Source: an uncultured Verrucomicrobiota bacterium (GTDB lineage: Bacteria; Verrucomicrobiota; Kiritimatiellia; JAAZAB01). From it: a stretch of DNA of 48,520 nucleotides. Each line of letters opens with the position of its first letter. Position 1 is the first letter of the stretch. The notes below the pieces were generated by a model, which made no database searches, was not told the origin of the DNA, and was given only the letters and a program-made list of their open reading frames with translations. The position numbers were made by a program, and so were the translations under genes. The stretch covers positions 1-48,520 of the forward strand of contig CAYWJE010000001.1 in assembly GCA_964458525.1 (NCBI GenBank), given 5' to 3'. Positions 8,014 through 16,027 of this stretch are shown piece by piece.

Positions 8014-8043
8014 GGTAGGGCGCGACCGCCGGGCGCGCCGTCC
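8014..8043 (+). repeat. REP-like GC hairpin element, copy A
   Basis: GGTAGGGCGCGACCGCCGGGCGCGCCGTCC, immediately after the stop at 8012. GGCGCG and CGCGCC form a 6-bp stem. Related copies at 15879..15910 and 44636..44663 (opposite strand). Confidence 0.5.
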
Positions 8044-8103
8044 GAAACCGCCTCCGCGCGCGAGCGGTGTTTCCGTCGGATAGAAACACGGATATCAGCG
8101 ACC

Positions 8104-9141
8104 ATGACAGCTCAACAAACAAACCTGAATCCGATCGTATTTCCCAAGGAAAAATGGCTTCGCGCGGACGCCGGGGCGTTCGGTTTTGACAGGGGAACGC
8201 TCGATCTCATCGCGGCGAAAATGCGGGAAGCCAAGGCCAATGGAGTATTGGTCCGCGACGGTCGCCTGGTAGCGGACTGGAATTTCGGAGGGCCGTCCGG
8301 CAAGCGGTTTGACATCCAATCCTGCACCAAGACGATCACATCCCTGGCGGTGGGACTCGCCATAGGCGACGGCCTCATTCCTTCCGTTGACACCCCCGTA
8401 AAGCAGTGCAGGCCCGATTTCGAGGCCGGGCCGTTCACGGATGAGATCACGTTTCGTCATTTGCTGACCATGACCGCGGGCATCGTTCAGACCATTCGCT
8501 ATGGCACAAGCCAGGATAAGAATCTGCCGACCGAATACGCGCGCCCCGGCACACGCTACAACTACCTCAATGACCAGTCAAAAGCGCTGGCCGGCGCGTT
8601 GACCTACATCTGCGGCCGCGAATTGAACGAGTTTATGAACGAGAAGCTCTCAGCGCTGGGCGCGGCCATGAAATGGGGATCGGAGCCGGAGTGGGATCCC
8701 GACGTGGTGACGGCCGACGGCAGACGAGTGCGCGCGAACTGCGGCTATTCCCGCGCTCATTTCTCGGCATCCGATCTCGCCCGGATAGGCCACCTCTACC
8801 TTCAGAAAGGAGCGTGGGACGGCAAAATTATCATCTCGCAGGATTTCGTCGCGCAAAGCCTGACGGCCAATCCGATTCCCTCGAGCGAGAGACGCGAGGT
8901 GGGCGAAGACGGGCTGATTCTCACGGGCGGGTATGGGTTCGCGTGGAGACAGCACGAATGCGAAGGCGTCATCACATGGGGCATGCATGGTTACGGCGAC
9001 CAGTTCTGCGTCATCATTCCGGAGCACAACGTGGTCATGACCAAACTGAGCGACTGGCGGGATAAGAGCACGTGGATCGGCAACGCGACCTTCTATCCCC
9101 TGTTGATACAATCCCTGAGAGGGTCCGGCGCCGGGAATTGA
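8104..9141 (+). CDS. Beta-lactamase-fold serine hydrolase (class C / PBP-like family)
   Basis: The ATG at 8104 is in frame with ORF 7990..9141. S-x-x-K motif in FDIQSCTKTITSLAVGLAI and a downstream Y-x-N candidate (TRYNYLN). No obvious signal peptide. Confidence 0.65.
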   Translation: MTAQQTNLNPIVFPKEKWLRADAGAFGFDRGTLDLIAAKMREAKANGVLVRDGRLVADWNFGGPSGKRFDIQSCTKTITSLAVGLAIGDGLIPSVDTPVKQCRPDFEAGPFTDEITFRHLLTMTAGIVQTIRYGTSQDKNLPTEYARPGTRYNYLNDQSKALAGALTYICGRELNEFMNEKLSALGAAMKWGSEPEWDPDVVTADGRRVRANCGYSRAHFSASDLARIGHLYLQKGAWDGKIIISQDFVAQSLTANPIPSSERREVGEDGLILTGGYGFAWRQHECEGVITWGMHGYGDQFCVIIPEHNVVMTKLSDWRDKSTWIGNATFYPLLIQSLRGSGAGN

Positions 9142-9152
9142 AGGAAAGGAAA

Positions 9153-11474
9153 ATGAGCATGAAGCGGAAATTGATGTTGAACTCGTGTTTTCCGGCATCC
9201 TGCCTCGCGGTTGCCGCCTGGCTGTGCCCCCTCTCCGCGCGCGGCGCCGAGCCGCCGATCCGGGTTGACGACATCAAGGGAGTCTACATCGAGGGCGCTC
9301 CGGGCGGCGTCGAGGCGGGAGCGCGTTCCGCGCTGATCAACGGCATGCGCGAGCTTTACGATGTTTCGCTCAAGGGGCTTGACGCCCTGCCGGAAGAGGG
9401 CGCCGTGATCATGCTCGGCGGTGAGGCGGCGGTGAAACACGGGCTGGCGAGCGAGAATGAGTTCCGGGAAATCACGCCCGGCGGTTACATCATCCGCATC
9501 CGCGGCAACAAGCTGGCGATTGCCGGCGCCAACCCGTACGCGACCGGCCATGGCGTCAACGACTTCCTCGAAAAGATCGGGAAGCGCGTTTACAGCGGGG
9601 GCGGCGGCGGAACCCGCAGTGTCATCCGCACGGACAAGCCGAAGACGCGCGACCTGCCCGCCATGGATATCAGCGCCAAGCCGGCTGTCCCTTACCGCAT
9701 ATACGTCTCGCGCCCCGAGTGGGCGGAGGCCGACAAGGCGCTCGATGCCTTGAATCCGGAACTGGCGGGAAAGACGGATTTGTGGGTGGATCATTCCGCC
9801 GGGTTCCTCGTGCCGAAGGATGTCTACTATGACAAGCATCCCGAATATTACGCCATGCAGGCGGACGGCAAGCGAATCCCCAAAAACGCCTTTTCATATC
9901 ACCGCACGGCGTTGTGTCTCTCCAATCCCGATGTCACCCGCATTTCGATCGAGCGGATGCTCAAATGGGTGGAGCTTCAACCCGACAAGATCTACTTCCC
10001 GGTGACATACGGAGACATAGGGCTCTGGTGTCAGTGCGAGAAATGCAAAGCGCTCGACCCCGCTCCCGGCGAGAATGCCGCGCGCCTGCTGACCTGGGTC
10101 AACGCCGTGGCCGGCGCGGTCGGCGAAAAACATCCGGACAAGATATTCATGACCTTCGCCTACGCCGGCTCGGACAAGGCGCCTGCCGGAATCAAGCCGG
10201 CAAAGAATGTTTGGGTGATCGCCTCCGTGGGCATGGGCGGCAATTCGTTTTTCGATCATTGCCTGGCGACCGGGCGGCTCAAGCGCGACATTGACAAGCT
10301 GGCCGGCTGGCTGAAAATCGTTCCCGGCCAGGTCGCCGTGTGCGAGTACTTGAGCGGAGTCTACATGCCGGCCCTGGTTGATTCGACCGCGGGCAGGATG
10401 CGATGGTACGCCGAAAACGGAGTCAGGGGGGTGATCTTCTCGTTCGGCAATCCGGTCGGGTTCCAGCCGTTGTGGAACTACGCCTATCCGCGCCTGATGT
10501 GGGATCCGAACCAGGACACGAAAGAGCTCGCCCGTGATTTCGCGCTCAACTATTACGGGCCGGCCGGCAAGGACATTGCCGACTATCTTGAGCTCGTTCA
10601 CGATCGCTATCACGAGACGCTGAAGATTCCTGTCGACATGCCCGGCAAGTTCTACAGCAAGGATTTCACCGAAAAGGCAATAGCAGCGCTCAAGAGAGCG
10701 CGGGATGCCGTGAAGGATGACCCGTCCGTTCACAAGGAAATAAGCGATGAAATGAAGATGTTCGTGCTGGACTGGATGGTCAACCCTGCATCGAAGGAGT
10801 TCGACGAAAACGCGAAGACCGATCTCGGACGCCAGCTCGACAGCCTGTTGGATCTGACGGAAACGAACGAAGCGGCAAGGATATCGTTCGGGCGCGAGGT
10901 GCACAGGACCGGCCTCGCCGCCGAGAGCTCGAGAAAGGGCGCGCTGGCAGTCGTCGAGTCGTGGCTGGAGGAGAAGAATCTTCCCAAGCCGAAGGGGATT
11001 CCCGTTCAAGGCGGAATCCAGCTTCCGGCGGAGGTCTTCATGTATGCCGGCTTCGGTCCTGCCCTGTATCACGGCGGCCACGTGGCTGCGCCTTGTCCGG
11101 AGAAGATGGCCGTTGCCGTGTACGTGAAGGGCAACTCCCAGAACCGCAGCCATCGCATGGTGGCGGAGTTCGAGCTCGACAAGATCGAGGGGGACGGCTC
11201 CGCGCGCCTCGATATCCACGGCCAGGACTGCGATCACGATGTTGACGTTGCTGAGATCGAGGCGCTCATGAACGGAACCTCGATATTCAAGGGGCCGGTC
11301 ACCATGGTGAAATGGAACTGGTCTCAGCAGAGCTTCGACATTCCGAAGGGCATTCTGAAAAAGGGACTCAACACGCTTGAGGTCAGGAACGCGGCAGATC
11401 CGGCCGGCGTCAAGAACTGGCATGACCGCTGGTTCATGCTGACCGATGCAACCGTCAAATTCACAGGTAATTAA
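9153..11474 (+). CDS. Secreted DUF4838-like protein (GH20-like-N/TIM-type glycan enzyme family) with a C-terminal CBM-like domain
   Basis: ATG at 9153 after GGAAAGGAAA. Signal peptide MSMKRKLMLNSCFPASCLAVAAWLCPLSARGA. Block HPEYYAMQADGKRI...LCLSNPDVTRISIERMLKWVE...WCQCEKCKALDP (C-x-C-x-x-C), which I recall as typical of DUF4838. Paralogs at 20145 and 21989. Confidence 0.6.
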   Translation: MSMKRKLMLNSCFPASCLAVAAWLCPLSARGAEPPIRVDDIKGVYIEGAPGGVEAGARSALINGMRELYDVSLKGLDALPEEGAVIMLGGEAAVKHGLASENEFREITPGGYIIRIRGNKLAIAGANPYATGHGVNDFLEKIGKRVYSGGGGGTRSVIRTDKPKTRDLPAMDISAKPAVPYRIYVSRPEWAEADKALDALNPELAGKTDLWVDHSAGFLVPKDVYYDKHPEYYAMQADGKRIPKNAFSYHRTALCLSNPDVTRISIERMLKWVELQPDKIYFPVTYGDIGLWCQCEKCKALDPAPGENAARLLTWVNAVAGAVGEKHPDKIFMTFAYAGSDKAPAGIKPAKNVWVIASVGMGGNSFFDHCLATGRLKRDIDKLAGWLKIVPGQVAVCEYLSGVYMPALVDSTAGRMRWYAENGVRGVIFSFGNPVGFQPLWNYAYPRLMWDPNQDTKELARDFALNYYGPAGKDIADYLELVHDRYHETLKIPVDMPGKFYSKDFTEKAIAALKRARDAVKDDPSVHKEISDEMKMFVLDWMVNPASKEFDENAKTDLGRQLDSLLDLTETNEAARISFGREVHRTGLAAESSRKGALAVVESWLEEKNLPKPKGIPVQGGIQLPAEVFMYAGFGPALYHGGHVAAPCPEKMAVAVYVKGNSQNRSHRMVAEFELDKIEGDGSARLDIHGQDCDHDVDVAEIEALMNGTSIFKGPVTMVKWNWSQQSFDIPKGILKKGLNTLEVRNAADPAGVKNWHDRWFMLTDATVKFTGN

Positions 11475-11514
11475 CCTCATCGTCGAAGAACTGCGAAGAA
11501 AAACAAGAAATGCA

Positions 11515-11538
11515 GACAGGATGACAGGATTATCCTGT
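11515..11538. repeat. Left bracket of the GxxExxY cassette: GACAGGAT GACAGGAT T ATCCTGT
   Basis: Two direct GACAGGAT octamers followed by the inverted copy ATCCTGT. It mirrors the right bracket at 11956..11995. Confidence 0.6.
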
Positions 11539-11566
11539 TGATCTTTGATCCAGAAAGCCAAGAGCC

Positions 11567-11941
11567 ATGGAATGCCGTGAGATTACGCAAAGGATAATCG
11601 GTTGTGCATATCGGGTATACAACACGATGGGCTTTGGCTTTCTGGAATCCGTGTATGAAAAATGCCTGCTGATTGAGTTGACGAAGGCTGGATTAGATGC
11701 AAAGACTCAGGTGTGCATTCCTGTGATGTATGACAATCAGAGTGTGGGTGATTTCACCGCGGCCTTGGTGGTCGAGGGGAAAGTAATAGTTGAGCTGAAG
11801 TCCGTTATGAGTCTTGCCAAGGCGCACGAGATTCAGTTGGTCAACTATCTAAGTGGCGACTGGAATCCCGGTGGGATTACTCATCAACTTCGGGGAGACG
11901 AAAGTGAAGTGAAACGAAAGGTTAGAAAGTTGACCAACTGA
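11567..11941 (+). CDS. GxxExxY family protein (PD-(D/E)XK fold), probably degenerate
   Basis: ITQRIIGCAYRVYNTMGFGFLESVYEKCL contains the eponymous G-F-L-E-S-V-Y motif. KVIVELKS is the E-x-K block. The C-terminal part is read out of frame over ~20 codons (see findings). Visibly lower GC than the neighbours. Confidence 0.7.
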   Translation: MECREITQRIIGCAYRVYNTMGFGFLESVYEKCLLIELTKAGLDAKTQVCIPVMYDNQSVGDFTAALVVEGKVIVELKSVMSLAKAHEIQLVNYLSGDWNPGGITHQLRGDESEVKRKVRKLTN

Positions 11942-11955
11942 ATCGGGGATGGATT

Positions 11956-11995
11956 GACAGGATTTCGATAAATCAAGTTATCCTGTTATCCTGTC
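11956..11995. repeat. Right bracket of the GxxExxY cassette: GACAGGAT-N16-ATCCTGT T ATCCTGTC
   Basis: One GACAGGAT followed by two inverted ATCCTGT copies. Its reverse complement reproduces the left-bracket arrangement. Confidence 0.6.
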
Positions 11996-12040
11996 CTTCT
12001 TTCTTGGGTTGCGGGTTCGCCCGCTTTGGGAGGATGGTAT

Positions 12041-13492
12041 ATGAAGAAGAAGCATCTCTACATCGCACTGGCCGCCATCGCGGCCGCAACGGCGGGGATA
12101 ACGGGGGGCAACGCCATGATGTGCAACTGCAACAGGGCATACGATTCCGCGATGCGCCGCGCGCGGGGCTGGCAGCTCGGCTGGTATCCCCTGTTCTCGC
12201 GGGTGCGCGAGGATCTCATGTTTCAGAAGGGGGACAAGATAGAGATATTCGCCTTCATTTTCAACCGGCCCATCGCCGGCTCCTGGAAGATCTGCCGCAA
12301 CGGGGTGAAAGAGCCGTTCATGAAGGATATGCCGATCGAGATCGGACCGGATCACTCGCTGCGAATGGTCGTTCCGGATGACAAGCTCACGCCGGGTTTC
12401 TACGACATCTATTTCACGGCAACAGCGACCGGCAAGTCCAATTTCACCGGCAGGGCGACCTTCGGCTATTGCGCGGATGAGATTCCCGCCGTTGATACCT
12501 GCCCGAAGGACCTGGCTGAGTTCTGGAAGAAGGCGGTGAAGAAGCTCGACAAGGTTCCGCCGAAAGCCGAGCGCGCGGCCGTGCGCGAGATGTCCGCAGA
12601 AGAGATTGACGCGTACAATATCACGGAGGCGTCCATTCCCGAGCGGTATGATCCGAAGGGCGTGAAGCACGATAAGATCAAGGTGTTCAAGATTCAGTTC
12701 GACGCCCCCTACGACAGCGCCGACGGCCGGCGCCGCTATCACGGCTGGCTCGCCATGCCGGCCGGCGAGGGGCCTTTCCCCGGCCTGCTCGTGCTGCCAG
12801 GCATGGGAAACGCATCCCTGCCCATCCCGGCCGAGCACGCCCGCCACGGCTACGCCGCGCTCATGCTCCAGATTCACGGATTGGAGGTTGATCTGCCCGA
12901 AGAGAAGTACACGCTTCCAAATGAAGCCGGCTACGGCGGACAAGGTCCGCGGAAGAAGGGGCTGGAAGACGACTATTACTATTTCGTCTACCAGGCCTGC
13001 GCGCAGGCGGTCCGCGTCCTCGCGGCCCAGCCGGAGGTTGACGGAAAACGGATAGGTGTGTGCGGCGGCTCGCAGGGCGCGCACCTGGCGGTGGCGACCG
13101 CGGCAATCGCGCCGGAAATCAAGGCTTCGGCGAACGTTCTCTGCCACTGGGCGAACTGGCCCATGCGTCTGCACATCGAGGAGCTCGACAAGGCCAAGGC
13201 GCATGGCCTTGACAAGCCCGTTCCGCCGTTCGACCGCAAGAACGAGCTTCACAACCACATGAGCTACTACGATCCGATGAACCTGGCGACGCTCGTCACT
13301 TCGCCCGCTCTGATGGGCCTGTGCCTGAACGACGCGCCAAGCCCGATCTCAACGGCGTACCCGGTCTTCAAGAACCTGGCGGCGAAGGAGAAGGAGCTGT
13401 TCCTGAGCGTGGGCACGGATCACGATCTCATGTTCATGATAGAGACGGAAGCCTTCAGGTGGATGGATAAGCATCTCGGCGCATCAAAGTAG
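12041..13492 (+). CDS. Acetyl xylan esterase / cephalosporin-C deacetylase-like (AXE1/CE7-type) alpha/beta hydrolase
   Basis: GGAGG before the ATG at 12041. Signal peptide MKKKHLYIALAAIAAATAG. Family-typical EFWKKAVKKLDKVP, FPGLLVLPGMG, and the nucleophile elbow GVCGGSQGAHLA (GxSQG). Confidence 0.7.
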   Translation: MKKKHLYIALAAIAAATAGITGGNAMMCNCNRAYDSAMRRARGWQLGWYPLFSRVREDLMFQKGDKIEIFAFIFNRPIAGSWKICRNGVKEPFMKDMPIEIGPDHSLRMVVPDDKLTPGFYDIYFTATATGKSNFTGRATFGYCADEIPAVDTCPKDLAEFWKKAVKKLDKVPPKAERAAVREMSAEEIDAYNITEASIPERYDPKGVKHDKIKVFKIQFDAPYDSADGRRRYHGWLAMPAGEGPFPGLLVLPGMGNASLPIPAEHARHGYAALMLQIHGLEVDLPEEKYTLPNEAGYGGQGPRKKGLEDDYYYFVYQACAQAVRVLAAQPEVDGKRIGVCGGSQGAHLAVATAAIAPEIKASANVLCHWANWPMRLHIEELDKAKAHGLDKPVPPFDRKNELHNHMSYYDPMNLATLVTSPALMGLCLNDAPSPISTAYPVFKNLAAKEKELFLSVGTDHDLMFMIETEAFRWMDKHLGASK

Positions 13493-13501
13493 GAATGACA
13501 T

Positions 13502-15802
13502 ATGAAAGCACACCTGCTCCGCGGAAACGCACGATTGCTGGCGCTCGCCGCCCTCATCGCGTTCTCCGGCCGCGCGCGAGCCGGCGATCCGGCGCCCCTG
13601 TTCGATGTTCCGCGCCTTGACGGCATCGAGATTGACGGCGCCGCCGCCGACTGGGGCGAGAGCGGGTTCCGCGTGGAAATGATCCAGGATCGCTCCGGCG
13701 AACACAAGCGGCCTGACGATATTGACGCGCGGTTCCGGCTAGGATGGGACAAGCGCGGCCTGCTCCTGCTGCTGCGCGCGCGCGATGACGCGCACATCGA
13801 GAGCGACGATGTCTGGTCCCTCTACGAAAACGATTCCGTGGAACTCTTCGCGGCCGTGAAACGCGGCTCGGACGATCTCTACCAGGTCCAGATCGGGCCG
13901 GGAATGGATGCGCGGCACGGCGAGCCCAGGCAGGCTCTCTCGGATTTGCGGAACAACCCGGAACTGAGGAAGCAGCCGCTCGTCTTCGTCGCCAAGCTCG
14001 CCAGGGACGGCGACAGCTACGCGCTTGAAGCGCTGCTCCCCTGGGAGAATCTCGGCATCGAGCCCGGCGACGGCGTGGAGCTCGCCTTCCAACTGGTGGT
14101 GAACGACAACGATGGAGACGGCCGGATCACCAGGCTGCAGTGGTTCCCCGGCTCGGGGACGGTCTCGGACAGCAGCGTGAGCCACCGCATCCGGCTGGCC
14201 AAGGCGCCGGGCCCGCCCGTGCTCGCCGCCGCATTGTTGTCGTACGAGGGGACGGACAAGCTGCGCGTCTTCATCGTGGCGGACGAGAAGCTGGACGGGA
14301 CGGAAGTCGGGATCGTGGGCGCCGACGGCGCCCGGCTGGCCGCTGTTCCCCTCAAGGCCAAAGGGGGCCGGGCCCGCGGCCAGGCGATACTGCCTTATCC
14401 GCTCCCGGAATCGGCAGGAAAACATCTACTGATGCTGGCCGACGGGAAACAGGTGGGAACGATTGACCAGCAGCTGATGCCGCCGCCGGCCCCGGCGAAA
14501 GGACAGAAGGACTTCGGCCGCGGCATGGCGAGGACGATGACGCTGCTGGCGACCAGCTCGCCCGAGAAACGCAACCGCGTCAAGATTCTCTTCTACGGCC
14601 ACCACATCACCGTCGGAGAATGGTGGAAAATTCTCGCCGCCTCCCTGCGCAATCGCTATCCCGACGCCGACCTCGTGGTTCACAATCTCACCGTCAGCCC
14701 CTATGGCTCGCCGCCGCGCATGGCGGTCCACAAGGTTTATCCCATGTATCCGGACCTCGTGATCCTCCATGTGATCTCCGGAACGGAGCCGGGCGGCGAG
14801 ATGGAGCGGCTTGTGGCCGACATCCGCCGCAGAACGACGTCCGAAATCATGCTCTGTTCGCATCTGCTGACGAACTGGAAAGCCGGCCAGGGCGACGACG
14901 CGAAGACGGATGATCACAAGGAGCGCGACAAATCGAGCGCGGAGATTGCCGCGCTGGCCGCGAAATACGATTGCGAGTTCGTGGATATACGCGGCGAATG
15001 GCGGCGCTACATGGACGACAACAACCTGAACTCCGAAGAATTGATGTACGGGGGACAGAACAACCTCAACACCCTCGGAAATGTGATCATGGAAATGATA
15101 TTTGCCCGGCATTTCCAGCACAACAGCGGGTTCCCCGTCAAGCTCGCGAATGCCGTGAGCGAGCAGCCCGTGAAGCCTGAAAAGGACGGCTCGATCAAGA
15201 TGGAGTTCCATGGGAACAGGATTGACCTCCTGCCCGGCGCCGTCGGAGCGGGAGAGAAGCGAGGCTCGGCTCGGATTCTGATTGACGGCAAGCCGCCGTC
15301 CGAAAACAGCCGGCTCTACGCCATATCGGTGCCCGGCAAGCCGCCTGTCGGCTTCTGGCCCGCGATCAAGCGGGTCTCGCACGAGAAACCCCTCGTGGTC
15401 GAGGACTGGACCCTGAGCGTAACCGACTCGACGGAACACGGCGGCGAGTTCCAGTTCGAAGTCGTCGGCTCGGTCACCGGCCCGGACGGAAGCGGGAACA
15501 ACAAGGAGAAATTCGTCTCCAAGTCCGGCCGCGCGATCATCGAGCCGGGCGATTGGGCCATGCTCGGCAATCTCGGCGCCATCCTGAAGGAGGGCCGGAA
15601 GATAGAGATATCATGGTCGGTCCTGCCGCAGTTCCTCGACGTCTACACTGCCCCTGACATCGAGCATCCGGCGCTTGACCATGCCGTGACCGTGGCGCAG
15701 GGGCTGGAGAACCGCAAGCACACGCTCGAAATCATCCCGAACGGGGATGGCGCCGTGCCCATCGAGGCGGTGCGGATATATCGCCCGCCCCTGGCAGAGT
15801 GA
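13502..15802 (+). CDS. Secreted CBM9-like domain + SGNH-like domain protein, catalytic motifs degenerate (putative pseudoenzyme)
   Basis: Signal peptide MKAHLLRGNARLLALAALIAFSGRARA. CBM9-like blocks: DGIEIDGAAADWGESGF, DSVELFAA, YQVQIGPG, ALLPWENLGIEPGDGVELAFQLVVNDNDGDG. The SGNH block I position reads ILFYGHHIT (no Ser). Paralog of 17723..20050. Confidence 0.7.
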   Translation: MKAHLLRGNARLLALAALIAFSGRARAGDPAPLFDVPRLDGIEIDGAAADWGESGFRVEMIQDRSGEHKRPDDIDARFRLGWDKRGLLLLLRARDDAHIESDDVWSLYENDSVELFAAVKRGSDDLYQVQIGPGMDARHGEPRQALSDLRNNPELRKQPLVFVAKLARDGDSYALEALLPWENLGIEPGDGVELAFQLVVNDNDGDGRITRLQWFPGSGTVSDSSVSHRIRLAKAPGPPVLAAALLSYEGTDKLRVFIVADEKLDGTEVGIVGADGARLAAVPLKAKGGRARGQAILPYPLPESAGKHLLMLADGKQVGTIDQQLMPPPAPAKGQKDFGRGMARTMTLLATSSPEKRNRVKILFYGHHITVGEWWKILAASLRNRYPDADLVVHNLTVSPYGSPPRMAVHKVYPMYPDLVILHVISGTEPGGEMERLVADIRRRTTSEIMLCSHLLTNWKAGQGDDAKTDDHKERDKSSAEIAALAAKYDCEFVDIRGEWRRYMDDNNLNSEELMYGGQNNLNTLGNVIMEMIFARHFQHNSGFPVKLANAVSEQPVKPEKDGSIKMEFHGNRIDLLPGAVGAGEKRGSARILIDGKPPSENSRLYAISVPGKPPVGFWPAIKRVSHEKPLVVEDWTLSVTDSTEHGGEFQFEVVGSVTGPDGSGNNKEKFVSKSGRAIIEPGDWAMLGNLGAILKEGRKIEISWSVLPQFLDVYTAPDIEHPALDHAVTVAQGLENRKHTLEIIPNGDGAVPIEAVRIYRPPLAE

Positions 15803-15878
15803 AGACAGGCGTTGCGAGCAAGTGAATAGGGCAACGAGATGGAAAGTCAGGAATGATCAGATGCTCATGGTGTGGCAA

Positions 15879-15910
15879 GGTAGGGCGCGACAGTCCTGGC
15901 GCGCCGTTCC
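15879..15910 (+). repeat. REP-like GC hairpin element, copy B
   Basis: GGTAGGGCGCGACAGTCCTGGCGCGCCGTTCC in the 225-bp gap after the stop at 15802. About 27 of 31 positions shared with copy A, with the same GGCGCG/CGCGCC stem. Confidence 0.5.
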
Positions 15911-16027
15911 TCCACGCTGGCCGGCCTGGCAGTCCGGCCGCACCTGGCGCTCCAGGATGCCCGGCTTTCGCATTTCGGGTCCATTTGGGGCATGCAGCAG
16001 TCACAAGGCGGCCTTAAGAATGCAAGG

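Noticed and set aside
5898-8105. Very long antisense ORFs: 5898..8105 (735 aa), 9894..11561 (555 aa), 11978..13258 (426 aa), 16319..17578 (419 aa), 14426..15439, 26993..27904 and others.
   Set aside because: They fully overlap + strand ORFs that carry clear family motifs and signal peptides. Their translations are Arg/Gly/Ala/Pro/His-rich, low in complexity and without recognisable motifs. This is the usual shadow-ORF artefact of GC-rich DNA.
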